Shown here in pieces: positions 1 to 48,600 of a stretch of DNA of 64,000 nt. A program made the translations under genes and the position numbers. This DNA comes from Macrostomum lignano (Eukaryota). The DNA lies in contig NIVC01000272.1 of NCBI GenBank assembly GCA_002269645.1, forward strand, positions 62,001 to 126,000. Direction: 5' to 3'. Under the pieces are notes generated by a model. The model was not told the DNA's origin. It ran no database searches and worked only from the letters and a program-made list of their open reading frames with translations. Numbering within the stretch: the first letter of the stretch is position 1; every line of letters begins with the position of its first letter.

Positions 1-200
1 AGTCCCCCTGCCCGCCTGCTGGAGTCCCACCTCGATTCAACCCTCGACCCCCGATTCAACGATCAACCGTCGAACTCGCTCGAATCAATAAGTGTTGGCA
101 CAGGGGGCTTCCAGATTCCTTTTTCAAATATTTATTTTCCAATGTCTGTCATTGTAATGGCGAAAATCAACACTTGAAAACTGCATGGTAAGGAGGATGA

Positions 201-229
201 TGTGTCTGTCTGTGTCTCTGTGCGTGTGC

Positions 230-278
<49 letters not shown>

Positions 279-286
279 TGTGTGTC
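201..286. repeat. (TG)n microsatellite
   Basis: Direct reading. Confidence 0.95.
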
Positions 287-706
287 TCAGCTCTCCACAG
301 CACTTCCCCTCTCCCTGGCTCCACCCGCGCGCGGGTTTGAGCACCCTGTGTGCACTTTTGCTCCCCAACTCCCGCGTGAGCCTCCCTGCTGCACGCCGGC
401 CCCAATCCGCCTCTTCATCATCCCTCAGCGGCCTTCCTGCTCCGCTTCAAGTCCGGCCCGCTCCATTTCTAGGATAGGCTGGAAAGTCGCGCTGCTTGTT
501 TAGTGTGAAAGCAGTGCCGGCAGGATTCAGACCGATTCACTGCCTGCAAATTATGATGGAGCAACAGACTCGCGTCTGTTTGGGTGTCGGGATGCTGGAT
601 GGAATCTTGAAACTGAGGCAGATGTTGAGTCTGGCGTGTAGGTTGTGGATGATTGCAGAAAGGCGGAACTAGTAAAGATAAGGGCATTATTGTGAATTAG
701 AGTGTC

Positions 707-1375
707 AGGGAGTGACAGTCATGAGAGTGACAGTCATGCGAGTGACAGTCGTGCGAGTGACAGTCATAGGACCCTCGTAGAAGCAATAATCAGAGGAGTG
801 ACAGTCAAGGGAGTGACAGTCAAGGGAGTGACAGTCAAGGGAGTGACAGTCAAGGGAGTGACAGTCAAGGGAGTGACAGTCAAGGGAGTGACAGTCATGA
901 GAGTGACAGTCGTGCGAGTGACAGTCACAGGTCCCTCGTAGAAGCAATAATCAGAGGAGTGACAGTCAAGGGAGTGACAGTCAAGGGAGTGACAGTCAAG
1001 GGAGTGACAGTCAAGGGAGTGACAGTCAAGGGAGTGACAGTCATGAGAGTGACAGTCATGCGAGTGACAGTCATAGGACCCTCGTAGAAGCAATAATCAG
1101 AGGAGTGACAGTCAAGGGAGTGACAGTCAAGGGAGTGACAGTCAAGGGAGTGACAGTCAAGGGAGTGACAGTCAAGGGAGTGACAGTCAAGGGAGTGACA
1201 GTCAAGGGAGTGACAGTCAAGGGAGTGACAGTCAAGGGAGTGACAGTCAAGGGAGTGACAGTCAAGGGAGTGACAGTCAAGGGAGTGACAGTCAAGGGAG
1301 TGACAGTCAATGGAGTGACAGTCAATGGAGTGACAGTCAATGGAGTGACAGTCAATGGAGTGACAATCAGACAGT
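707..1375. repeat. 15-bp minisatellite GAGTGACAGTCAAGG with three higher-order spacer blocks
   Basis: Unit repeats; spacer GACCCTCGTAGAAGCAATAATCAGAG recurs at about 770, 930 and 1077. Confidence 0.95.
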
Positions 1376-2141
1376 CAATGACAGACACTCTGAAAGGCCT
1401 AAAGTGAGACAGGCAGACAGTGTGGTAGGCCAGACAGAATGTTCAAGCTACAAAAGTGAGAAGCAAAGGATGCAGCTGATGATGCTGGGCCCATGGATAC
1501 ACATCAGAACTGACTGATTCAAAGAGGCACTCGCCCTTACCTGGAGACAGAGCAACTCAAGTAAAGCACTCCGGTAAACAAAGTCACACGGGCGACCTCA
1601 AGGCAAACTGCTGGATAATTAATAGGCCAGGGCCATGCACAGAGGCCGGGCAGCTGCCCGAGTACAAAGAGGAACCATCCAAGTATAAGAAGAAGAGTCA
1701 AGCTTAGACAGACACGTGGCAATTGTGAGCAAGAAGTTATTAATCCTTTCTGAGCAGTCATTGTGAAGCCTGTCTCGATTACCCCTCCGGCCGTTGTCTC
1801 TGCTCTCCATCCCCCAGCCTCTCCCCGCCCATCTCTCTCATGAGCTCTCGCGCTACTGAGCTGCAAAGTTGGAGCAGCTCAACTCTGCAGCTTTGGAGAG
1901 GGCAGAGGGAAGCTGGGCAGCTCAGCTTTCAAAGTTCCAGCGATGGAGGGGCACACGGCATCTGGTAGCCAGGGCAGACGGAATTGCTAGACGATAGAGG
2001 CACCGCATGCGTGGGCGTGAGGCAGGCAGTCAGCTTTTCTGTTGGTTAATGTAATTGTGAAATAGTCAGTCAACTGAGCACGAGAGTGACTATGATAATG
2101 ACATTCAGATTGTGAACGATTTTGAGAAGCACTCTGACCAT

Positions 2142-3505
2142 GGGAATGAGAATGACACAGGCCATGAAAATGACACAGGTTGTGAGAATGGCCATGAGAA
2201 TGACACAGACCGAGAGAATGACACAGGCCATGAGAATGATACAGGCCATGAAAATGACACAGGCCATGAGAATGACACAGGCCATGAGAATGACACAGGC
2301 CATGAGAATGACACAGGCCATGAGAATGACACAGACCGAGAGAATGACACAGGCCATGAGAATGGCACAGGCCATGAGATAGACACAGGCTGTGAGAATG
2401 ACACAGACCATGAGAATGACACAGACCATGAGAATGATACAGGCTGTGAGAATGGCCATGAGAATGACCATGAGTATCGTGAATGACACTGGAAGATAAG
2501 AATGACCATGAGAATGACCATGAGAATGGCTATGAGAACGACCATGAGAATGGCAATGAGAATGTCAATGAGAATGGCAATGAGAATGTCAATGAGAATG
2601 TCAATGAGAATGGCAATGAGAATGGCAATGAGAATGTCAATGAGAATGTCAATAAGAATGGCAATGAGAATGTCAATGAGAATGTCAATGAGAATGGCAA
2701 TGAGAATGTCAATGAGAATGGCAATGAGAATGGCAATGAGAATGTCAATGAGAATGGCAATGAGAATGGCAATGAGAATGTCAATGAGAATGACCATGAG
2801 AATGGCAATGAGAACGGCAATGAGAATGGCAATGAGAATGGCAATGAGAATGGCAATGAGAATGGCAATGAGAATATCAATGAGAATGGCAATGAGAATG
2901 GCAATGAGAATATCAATGAGAATGTCAATGAGAATGGCAATGAGAATGGCAATGAGAATGGCAATGAGAATATCAATGAGAATATCAATGAGAATGTCAA
3001 TGAGAATGGCAATGAGAATGGCAATGAGAATGTCAATGAGAATGTCAATGAGAATGTCAATGAGAATGGCAATGAGAATATCAATGAGAATGTCAATGAG
3101 AATGGCAATGAGAATGGCAATGAGAATGGCAATGAGAATATCAATGAGAATATCAATGAGAATGTCAATGAGAATGGCAATGAGAATGGCAATGAGAATG
3201 TCAATGAGAATGTCAATGAGAATTTCAATGAGAATGGCAATGAGAATATCAATGAGAATGTCAATGAGAATGGCAATGAGAATATCAATGAGAATGTCAA
3301 TGAGAATGGCAATGAGAATGGCAATGAGAATGGCAATGAGAATGGCAATGAGAATGGCAATGAGAATATCAATGAGAATATCAATGAGAATGTCAATGAG
3401 AATGGCAATGAGAATGGCAATGAGAATGGCAATGAGAATGGCAATGAGAATGGCAATGAGAATGGCAATGAGAATGGCAATGAGAATGGCAATGAGAATG
3501 ACACA
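2142..3505. repeat. Compound minisatellite: 18-bp GAGAATGACACAGGCCAT grading into 12-bp GAGAATG(G/T)CAAT
   Basis: Direct reading. Confidence 0.95.
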
Positions 3506-4546
3506 AGCAAAAGTGGTTGCAAAAGAAGTGCATTAGAGAGCAGCGCAGGCACACAGAGCAGCCTTGTTAATCCCCGCCGGACTATACAGTGGCGCCAAGC
3601 CGGTGAATTCGCTGCTCACAGACAGTCCCAATGGAAAGGGCAGCAAAGAAATTCCCAACCAGCTTGGTAACGGGATGCTGCTACTCGAGCCCGCACTGCA
3701 GCGGCAACCCCCCCCCTGTCCGCCAACCCCACCTCTCCCAGCAGCTCTGCCTCCCCTCATCCGAACTGCGGTTTTATTATACAAGTACTCGAGTGCAGCA
3801 ATAACTCTCGGCCAAAAATACCGCAGTAGGGCAGTGATTAATGACCGGCACTGACCCCCCCCCCAGACCCCAGTGCAGTCTCACTTTCACTCCCGGAGCT
3901 CTGGGTTGCCAGCCGCAGCTGATCAATTTTGGACCAGCGAGCCGGCCCAGTTCAAGCACCCATCTCACCCACAATCCTGAGTCCCTCAATGCAGGCCATG
4001 ACTCACTCACACACCTCACTGACTGTCGGCCAAATTAAAAAATATTGACGCTGGAACTTCTGAAATTATATTAGAGATTTCTGGCTTGATCTGCTGAGGC
4101 TGCATTCCCTGACAGAATCTGCATTCCAATTTCTGCATGCGGCTTAGAAACAACAGCTAACTGTGTGTATTTTTTAACTCCATCTCTCTGTCCCTCTCCC
4201 GACCCTGTGGGACAAAAGAGAGTAGCGCGAGAGGACCAGCCGCCAGACCCTCAGTGCCTGGTGAATGAGTGCCCCGGAGTGGCAGCAGGGGCGGCAGGGT
4301 TGGAGGCGGCAGGGCAGATCGGGGAGTGCATCCTCCTCTCAGCCAGAGGAGTGCGCGCCTGTTTCCATTCTGCTCTCGGTTTTGGGGGGGGGGTAGCGCT
4401 GAGAGCTGCGGCTGCGGAGACAGGGGGGAGAGGAGAGAGATGACCGGCACGCAACTCCCCTCTCCCGACCCCTCTCTGCTTCTCCTCTCCGGCTGAGCTC
4501 AGCTAGAAATCCTGCTGCAGTTGCTGGGCGGATCGATGCCGGCCCG

Positions 4547-4557
4547 CTGATTGGCTG
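4547..4557 (-). promoter_or_regulatory. Candidate CCAAT box in GC-rich region about 450 bp upstream of Cav2 ATG
   Basis: CTGATTGGCTG on + (CAGCCAATCAG on -) in a CpG-rich stretch; transcription start unknown. Confidence 0.3.
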
Positions 4558-5005
4558 GCGGCCAGGGTCAAGCCGGTGAAATTGCCAGCGTGAGACTGCG
4601 AGCCCGCGGCTGCAGCTTATGTAGCGAGAAATCCACGGGATATCGGGGAAGATAAGCTGCGCCCTCCCCCCTCGGATACGCACCGGCCTCTGGAACATCT
4701 GGTTATAGAGAGCCACTCCTCAGCTGCAGCGATAATTGCCCATAACGGAAGAAGAGCAGAAGACAAGCAGCTGCAGAGAGGCGCGAGACACGGCAGCACA
4801 TCCGGGACATGCCGCGCCAGTTACTGTGTCGGTTGAGTCCCGCCGGCCCGACCGGCGCACGACGGTGACCAGCGGCGCCAACTGAGCAGTCAGCGGCTCA
4901 GGAATCTGAGCTGCTCTTCACCCACCCCACAACTCCCCCAGCAACAACTGCGAACTCCCCTGAAGAATCCACAATCACCCCCACTGCCCATCCGCGTCGC
5001 CCAGG

Positions 5006-40157
<35,152 letters not shown>

Positions 40158-41060
40158 GGGGCGCCGCCTTGGCCCTTCTGCACTGCTCCCTCCTCCCTCG
40201 CACTGCCTCGGCTCAGAAAGCCTTCAGAACTGCGTCTGGTCTGCAGAAACGTCCCGCGCCACCTCAAGTCAGTATTTTGTCGCTTGCCTTCTGCGCCTCA
40301 GCAGCTTTTTCACAACTCATCCGTGACGCCGCTATCGCTGGCTGTTTGTTCTCAACTCCCTCGATGTGTTCAGACCCGTCTCTATCTACTACTACAAGTA
40401 ATGCTGCTTTCTCTGCTTTTGATGTTCACTTCGCATTCGATAGATGAAATGAAATTCGCTGCTCTACCGCACCCTGCGCGTTTTCTCCTCGCTTTTCTTT
40501 CACATGCTACTCAAAGTACACAGTGCTGGGTCTGTAAGCGCCGTTTAAAAAATCTGGTTTCGTTTGTAATAGACTTGTAAGTACTTTTTCAACACATGCG
40601 GCGCCAAGACTGTAAGGTTGCTCACACATTGACAAGTTTTGGAACATGTATGCAAAGCAAACTTCCCTCTCCTTCACTATTTAACCGCTAATTCTATTGT
40701 TCAACTGTGATTAATTATCTGCGATGCAATCGCAGAACCAACAAGCTGCTGATTAAAAGTGCGCAGCCGAATTGCTCCGTCTCATTTTCTAAAAATTTCA
40801 ATTCTTTGTTGAGTAGAGTTTTGCCGCATGAAATACCTGCCTGGCTTGTAAGCTTTTGGTGAGTCAGACGAGCGAGCCTGCTGGTTCTGCTTTAATAGAG
40901 CTGACAGGATGAAGGCTGAAGATGGAAGACTGGCAGGCGCGTCTCGTGCTAAACAGGAAGCAGGTTAAGAACTGACTGTTGCATCAGCTTGAGTCTTGAC
41001 TAATTAGCGCATAAATGCTTTATTGGAAATGCAAAAACCTTGTGACAGTGTCACTTTATA

Positions 41061-41066
41061 AATAAA
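41061..41066 (+). terminator. Candidate polyadenylation signal for Cav2
   Basis: AATAAA about 900 nt after the stop codon; not verifiable from sequence alone. Confidence 0.3.
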
Positions 41067-41194
41067 CTACTACAAGTAGCAGCCATTGCGACTACTGAGG
41101 CTGCAAGTCCAAAGAGTATTTTTCAAACTTTAAATATGTAGGTCAATAGCAGGTCAATAGTGCAATTCTCGAACCGTAATATTTCCCGCTCAGG

Positions 41195-41342
41195 CAGGCG
41201 CATAGCCAGGATTCACGTTAGGGGGGGGGACAGAGACATAAATCCATCTCTGATGGAAGCGATGAAAGCAAAATAAAAAAATTTTGCCCTCCAGGGGGGG
41301 GGGGGCACGTCCCCAGTGTCCCCCCCCTTGGCTACGCCCCTG
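41195..41342. mobile_element. 148-bp hAT-type MITE
   Basis: Imperfect TIRs CAGGCGCATAGCCAGG / CTTGGCTACGCCCCTG; perfect 8-bp target duplication CGCTCAGG at 41187-41194 and 41343-41350. Confidence 0.85.
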
Positions 41343-41869
41343 CGCTCAGGTTTGCGAAGATTCGAAATCACTATCTGTATGGCGATTTTTCAACCTAAAA
41401 ACTGAAATTAGGTGGAGGAGTGATTCCTAACAGACTAATCGCCACAGCGAAGTCTGTATCAGAGCTATCGGATCCCTCTGTTGGATCGGAACTGAGTGGA
41501 GAATCATCGAAACCCCCATCTCTCTGTCTCACTAGACCCCTAGTAGGATAAATAAGTTGACATGCATGTAAGGTCCCTATTTACATGTAAGCCATAATAT
41601 CTGTAGCACAAACAAATAACTTTTCATACCACAATGTCTATGAACAGTTTGCTTTGAGATATTTATACGAGCGTACATATTATCACTTAATTTATGCACA
41701 AAATAAAGTTCGACTTCGACCGTCTTCGACCGACGAGAGGCATTACTGCCCATTCCGCCAACTCTCGTGAGCAGCCACACATGCGCACGGATATGTACGC
41801 AGTCATACGCACAGGCACACACTCATACAGGAGTGTACAGCGGTCCTAACTTTATTTACGATCGTTAGG

Positions 41870-42042
41870 CATGTACACTTCACACTTTGTCTTGGGGATT
41901 GGCGCTCAAGATCGTTATTTGCACGAGCAGAGACAAGCCGAGATCTTCAACTTAGCCCCATTATAATGTGACTGCAATGGAATCGAGCCTGGGCTGCTGG
42001 CACATGAGAGCGCCGCGCTAGAACACTAAGGCTACGGCCCCC
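41870..42042 (-). mobile_element. tRNA-derived SINE-like element
   Basis: Minus strand begins GGGGCCGTAGCCTTAGTG (A box) ... GGCTCGATTCC (B box) with non-tRNA tail; left boundary approximate. Confidence 0.55.
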
Positions 42043-42891
42043 ATCTACGGTCACCTTTTAAAGTGCCGAAGCTCTGGCGGACAGGCGAAAGAATTGTCGT
42101 GATATTCGCGAGGCATCAAAAGTTGGGCTACTGTGAAGTTCCACTTCGTTTAGCCTTCGTTTAGGCTTCGTTTAGGCAATAACACAGGCAATTTTCTATT
42201 GCCTATGCATGCTTGCTCACAATTTTCCAATTAGCCGGCAACTCTGACAAAGAAATTAGCTCGTATAAGCATACGCTTTCCACTGAATTACCTAGCATAT
42301 GCATAGAACGCTCTTACACTAATTAGATAAGTCATTCCGGCTGAGGGAATCTCTGCTGAGTAAATAGACTGGTTTCATCCCAAATTTCCTTTGTCGGATC
42401 GCGAGCAAACTCATGACGTCTGACTGGATAGCTGACGCACTCTGAACCTCAGCAAACATAAAGTTCTAACCTGCTGGCCCAACAGTCCTTCATTTGAAAC
42501 AGACAGTTGGTTTGTTCTAGAGTCCGCTTGCTAACTTGCCGAGATTCGGAACTTTACTTTGCATTCCGTTACAACCGCACGGCCCTCACTAGGCGTTTCG
42601 TCGACTGCCTGTTGGCTGACGCTGGCGCCCCGGATTCGGCCGGCGGCGCGGCTTTCATTCGCGACCTGGCCTTGAGGCGCGCCCTGTGACTTGTTGTTAT
42701 TCTGTTATTGTTGTTGTTATTCCCAAAGTTTAACGACTGTTGGGGTAAACTGATAATTTGAAGGTCCTTGTGATGGTTTAACTAAGATTTTAAGATCCAA
42801 TGGTCTTTACACTCGTATAATCGACAGTCTCAGACAGTTTCATTAATTGGCCTACCTAATGAGTTGCACAATATTCTGAAAGGATTTTTAG

Positions 42892-44276
42892 GATTCCACT
42901 AATCAGGAGATACAACTAAAGGTGTGGCTGCTATTGGTAAGCTCATAAAATGTTGTCTTTGAAGTTTCCCTACAGAGCTTTGATGCTAGCTGCAATTCAT
43001 GTTGTTATTGCGGCACTGGAACGACAGTCGCTTGGCCTGGAGAGAAAAGTTCAACTCCAGTCTGGACCATATCCACGCAATCACCCTTCCAGCTTCGTAC
43101 CTGTGGCAACCTGACGCATCTTTTTACGATGTGTGAGCCAATTCTGCTTGAAGCTAAATAGCTGCGCCTTTCAGAAAGTAATAAACTGGTTAAATAGTAT
43201 AATTATAACTCCGTCCGTCATGATTGTTTTCATTAAAACAATTTAATCTAGAGTTGAGCTCCTAGATGCCACGAAAGGCCGCGCGATACTTTCGGTGATG
43301 TCGTCAGGCATTGTGCTACAGAGCACCGGAATGACTCTGTCCACCAAGTGCAGCATGCAAATGCAGCTGTTCCCGTTTACGAACAAAACTGCTTAGTCAG
43401 GCTCTCGAGTCTGCAGCAAGTCACAGGATCGACTCGAATCCGCAGAATGATACACCGACTGGGTACGTCATGAAGAGCAGCGAGTTCTACATTCTGTGGG
43501 TCCAGTTAGAAAACTGGTCGTTTGGCCTCTATGACACAGCCGTGCTCCGGGTCGGATTTCAGGTGAGTTTTTGTCCGAAATTTGGTAATATGAGTAATTC
43601 GTGGGATAATGTTAACAGCCATAAAATAATGGACCAGGATTTGTAATTGTAGCGACTTCCGACTTTCTACATGATAAACCTGATGCTGCCCTGCATTCTT
43701 CTCCTTGGAGCCTCCGCGCTCGCCTTCTGTCTGCCTCCCGAGTGCGGCGAGCGAGTCTCCTTCAGCATCACCATCGTGTTGTCCATGTGCGTATTCCTGC
43801 AGCTGGTTGGCAACTACACGCCCACACAGAGCGAGTGAGTACCTCAGTGAGTACCTCGAAGTATCTCTATTACCGCATTGCCTTGAAGAAATTGATCCGA
43901 ATTTGACACGCTTCACATTCCAGCCTGGTACTTCAGCTTGGCCGTGCTCATGACAATTCTGAATGTGCTCTGCAACGCATTTGTTCTCAGCTGTCACTTC
44001 AGACAGAAGAGCAGCGTCAGCAGCCGGTTCGTCCGTGCACTCTTCCTCAACCGATTCGTTGTCGGAGAAAACTCTGAGCGGAGAGTCACACGCACTGAAG
44101 CCGATGCGGATGACAAAGTATCGGCATCTCAGACTTCCAACGGATGGAAGACAGTCGGATCTTCCGTTGGCCGGGTGTTCTTTAAAGTGTTTGTCAGCTT
44201 CGGAGTCGCAATGATGGTCGTGCCATTTGCTATTTTCTGTGTAAAATCTAATACTAACTGCCTTGGCGAGCTCTAG
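42892..44276 (+). pseudogene. nAChR-like Cys-loop channel gene A, probable pseudogene
   Basis: Exons 42892-42936 (45 nt, DSTNQEIQLKVWLLL), 43014-43132 (HWNDSRLAW...LWQPDASFYD, acceptor reads CGG not CAG), 43252-43562 (Cys-loop KCSMQMQLFPF..QNC with two -1 frameshifts), 43653-~43846 (M1-M2, PPECGERVSFSITIVLS, followed by in-frame TGA within a 12-bp duplication AGTGAGTACCTC), 43924-44276 (M3-M4). No signal-peptide exon recognised. Confidence 0.75.
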
Positions 44277-44626
44277 GATCCATGGAACTTATGAATAATT
44301 ATGATCTCGATTTTTCGCCTTCAGTTTTATACGAGTGTATCTAACATATGAGCTACATCTTTTTCTGTCAAAATGTCGGGAAAAATAAAAGGAAAATGGA
44401 AAAAGAGGCTGGCAAGTCAACGTTGACTCCTGTAATTCTATTTTCTTAAACAGTAATATTTTCTGCTCTTGCTACACCAAATTTATTAGCTCTGAAGCTC
44501 TTCTTTTACAAATATTGATAGCAGTGAAAGGGATAAAACAATGGCCAGAGTTTGGTGTTCAGATTATTTTGCAAATTAGCTCTAAGAAAGAATATTTTCA
44601 AAATTACAAAAACTTAGTATTTTTAC

Positions 44627-45184
44627 TGTGGTGTCTGGCCTGTTGAGTGCTCTTGCACTTGGTCGTTTGAGTTTTTGCATGCGCCCTAAGCGACCATCCC
44701 CGGACCAGACCCTACCGGCTGGTAGGGGGTCGCCGGCCCGGCTTGAGTCTCCCCGCGGCGGACACTGATTGGCTGGACTTGTGAGTTTGTGTTTTTCGCT
44801 CTAGCCCCCATTCAGTCAGATCTGCTCGGTGGGCACGCTGATTGGCTGAGGGGTCGTTTCTTTTAGTAGTGGTTCCATAGCTAGAGCGTCATCACGCCTG
44901 CGACTGTGACCACTGCAGCACAGCAGCGAAGTATATTGTATATTATTGTAGTACTGTACCGGTTACTTTATATAGTGTGTACAACATACAGTATCGAAAC
45001 TAGAAGCACTCAAGAGTGTCATCACACCTCGAGCCGCAGCGTGAACTCTGAGTGTCACAACAGCAGACGGAGCAACCTATTATCGCGTCGTCACGCCAGC
45101 TTGTACAGTATTCATATAAGTACAAGACAGAGCGTCACTACGCCTGCTATATTACGTATAACCTACTGTACCCGGGACTGGGCA
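44627..45184 (+). repeat. Unclassified dispersed repeat, copy 1 (internally deleted), with two CCAAT boxes
   Basis: Reverse-complement match to 50652-50970 and 51335-51570. Confidence 0.75.
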
Positions 45185-45645
45185 CTCCAGGCCCATCCAG
45201 TCATTTTAGTATCTGTGGGGCAGACGAGGACAGTTAAGCAGGAAAACCTTTACAATAGAAGAGCGAAAATGACATTGGATACAATTCAGAGACCTGCACA
45301 TTATTTCGAGTCAGCAACTTTAATATTAGCAGAAGATAACCGAAAGCCATTTATTCATAGAGGAGACTCTGCATATCGACAGCAGATTTATATTTGCACA
45401 GCATACAGTGATCGGTCTCCAGCCTGTGAGTCAGTTCACTCAACTACAGGACCTAGCTGCTGAGTCTGCTCGAACTCTCAAATCAGCTAATTGAGTCGGG
45501 TAAATACGATAATTTTAGGCAAAGCAAATACTGGACCATTCGTGTTTGCACAATTAATGCGGGGTTAGGACTGCACATTGGTGGCTACTAAACTGATCCC
45601 TACTTTATATTTGTGCTCACCGCCATCAGTCCGACACTGTCCGCC

Positions 45646-48600
45646 ATGTTTTTTCTCACTAGCCTCATCGTATCCTTCGCTGCTCTGCTTGCTGCTTCAA
45701 CCGCTGAAGTTGCCAATGACGTCTCACAGGACGCTGCCGTGATGGCGGCACTGAAGCTGGGCACCGAGTACAACAGGGCGGTCCGGCCGCCCCCGGACAA
45801 CGGCACCGCAAACACTGTGAACTTGTTTATCTTTCTGTACAGCCTCGCCAAAGTGGTGAGTTGATCTTCGTTGTTGCTCTTCCGGACATGAATTTACAGC
45901 AAGTATCCACTGAATGTTTCAGAACTCTGCGTCTCAGGAGGTGACACTGCAGTTTTTACTCGGGAAGGTAACTACAGAAGATAATTTGTTTTAATAATAC
46001 TGTGTACTAAAACCAGGAAATCCGGAGATTTTAGTTTCAAGTCGCATGACCAAGACGTTATTTTCACTCGTAATTCGTGATCGCGAGGCGATTCGAAGTT
46101 GTCTAAGTGATGGGTTCAGCCTTCTATAGCCTTTGATCGGAGACTTCTTGGGCCTCGGAGTGCAGAAATTAATCACTGAGCACTCTCTCCCGTCAGACGG
46201 TCAGTCAGCCCCAGGTAGCGAAGATACAAGCGGCTGGGTCCCCGATAGCTAAGAGAGGACAGCGAGAGACAAGCAGGGAGAATTGGAAAAAAAGTTGAAA
46301 TCAGCTAATCCAGAGATCAAACTAAACCCGCTGCCACCAACCCGCTGCCTCTGGAAATCGGGTTTCCGACTAGAAGGGGCTCTGAGACAACCTGCGAACC
46401 GGTTTCTTTTTGCTGCCAACCTCGAAGTCATAGCGGCTTCAATGGGCAGTGAGTTGCAAGTGTACTTGTATGCGCTAGTCGCTAGAGCGGGGGTTGGGAG
46501 TTGCTATTTCACAGTATGTACGTGCTTTCCACTCACCCTCTGTCTCTATCGTCTATACCCAATTATTCAAGTCGTTGTATCGCATTTAACCTGCGTATCG
46601 ATCTAATAAACGCCAAGCAGCTTCGTCAACTCTCAGTCGTACGGTATCTCTCTCTGACCATGCAGGGACAGTGTGGGCTTTTGCCGGGAAGTTCTGGCGA
46701 TTCTCTATGCACCAATGAATGCTCAATTAATACTCAGCAATAGTCAAAAGTTCCACTATCCAAGCGAGATGAAAATTTTATCACTTATTGCGACAACTTC
46801 TCACTCACAATTCAACCCTCAAGTTACGCCGCTACTCGTGGGCCGCCGCGAGGAAGGGAAAATAACAGTTTGATTTTTATGCAATACGCAGTCAGAATCG
46901 CGTTGCTTAATAACGCATGCGAGATCCCCTCGCACGCAGAAGTGCGGCGACTCTGCGGGGCGTCCTTTGTAAGCTGCAGCCAAGCCTTTTCAGTGGTATG
47001 ACGCAGCTCCACAACATTCTGTGGTGGATAACTCTTTTCGAATGCTGCATTTTAGGAAGTCCCAGACATGCTCGATGGGATTCATGTCTGGGGGACCGGG
47101 AAGGCCAGCGCAGAGTGCGCAGCTGTAGCTGTTCTTTCAGTTGACTAACACCATCGACTCGGTGTGGCGGCGCGTTGTCATCCTGGATATTTAAGGAGAC
47201 CCAAGCCACCCCAAGTGGCAATAAACTTTGCGCGTGCCTTAAGTTGCGTCGCTCGCAAAGTGGAAAAAATTAATCTCGCTTGGAGGGTGGAACTTTCGAC
47301 TGTTGCTGAGTATATGTACTTGCTCGCTTTTGGACTGAAAATTGTCCACTGGTCTGTAAATGGTGCTGATGGCAGAACTATCAGAGCCTTCAAGAGATCC
47401 CTAGACTAACTCTGAATGATTCCTTCCTGCTGCTTTGCCGCCTGGGACAGCACAAAAGTACACCCCTGGCAAATGGTTTGCCTGATTTCGGAATCTGACT
47501 GATTGATAGGTTAAGTGAAAGGAAGCTGCAATGCTTCGTTCCGCTGCGACATTCGACTCAATAAATTACAGCCACTCATCGTGGCTAGCAAGGCTAAAAA
47601 GAAAGATCGAACTTAAAAGAGAGAGATGCGATTTGGTTTTTCTCCTAAATCCACACTTCTTTGAAATTGTGTTGGAGTAAATAAGCAGTTATTCCCAGCA
47701 CATGAAAGCAAATAACTAAAAGTGCAAAGGGCTCGGAAAACAAGTGCGCTCCGATAGAGCAGGTCAAGAAAGCTTCTCAGCCAATAATCAGAGTTTCAAG
47801 CTGCTGGTGGCCAAGAAATTCACTGTGACAAAGACATGCAGCAGGGTGCTGCTGCTGCTCTAAGATGATTTAGATCTAGGGAGTCTAAAGCTTGCAGAGG
47901 ACGTTTCATCGACGTTAACCCGGCGCTTTCGGGGTACTTAGCTGCAGCGTCTCGAGCGGGCATGTGCACGGTGGCTTATCCAACCCGGTTATCAGACCGA
48001 CAGCCGGATAAACAACGTTTTCGAGAGCCAGGCCGGCCTTGAATATCCTTCCAGTGGCCAAATTGTTATACCAAGCGTCGAATTTTCTGATTGGACGAGC
48101 CCGGAATGACTAGCTTGATTTTGATTGGCTGAGCTTTCAGACCCTGAAAATCCTCTGCACCGGGCGACCTCTTAGACACCACAGGAACTTGACAGGTGCG
48201 GTCATAAATTTAAAAAGCACGGAAAATTCCAACTAAAAATATCTCTGCTAGAGATCCTGGCCCCAAAAGTTACAGGATTTTTTGTGTGGAACAACCAGTC
48301 GATTGAGTTAGGATAGAAAGTCCTAACGGGGATCAGAATTGGCGGGTCCTATGAAGCCAAAATTTGACAGGTACTGGATTGTAGATCAAAATCGACCCAT
48401 CAGTACAGCTGGTCTTTCGGTATTTTCTTTTCTTCTAGCATCAGAACAATTCTCGTATCTTTACGAGCAACACGAATTCACATGTACATGTCGAAATTCT
48501 CTTTAAATTTCTGTAGCATTGGTTCGATTCGCGACTGGTGTGGAATTCAACGCCTAATCGGACATTGGACACCACCATTCCCCTCTGGGTTCCGCCTCAA

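Noticed and set aside
3564-3854. Protein-like 96-aa ORF upstream of Cav2
   Set aside because: No recognisable domain or convincing splice boundaries
42500-42725. GC-rich ORF end followed by a TTG/TTA-rich tail, possible retroelement 3' end or gene A exon 1
   Set aside because: No recognisable motif, no signal peptide and no suitable donor
43207-43225. 16-nt match AACTCCGTCCGTCATG to the start context of gene C (53978-53993)
   Set aside because: One such match is roughly expected by chance in 64 kb, and homology does not extend
45990-46670. Possible solo LTR (AATAAA near a CA end) in gene B intron 2
   Set aside because: Could not define a TG start or a target-site duplication
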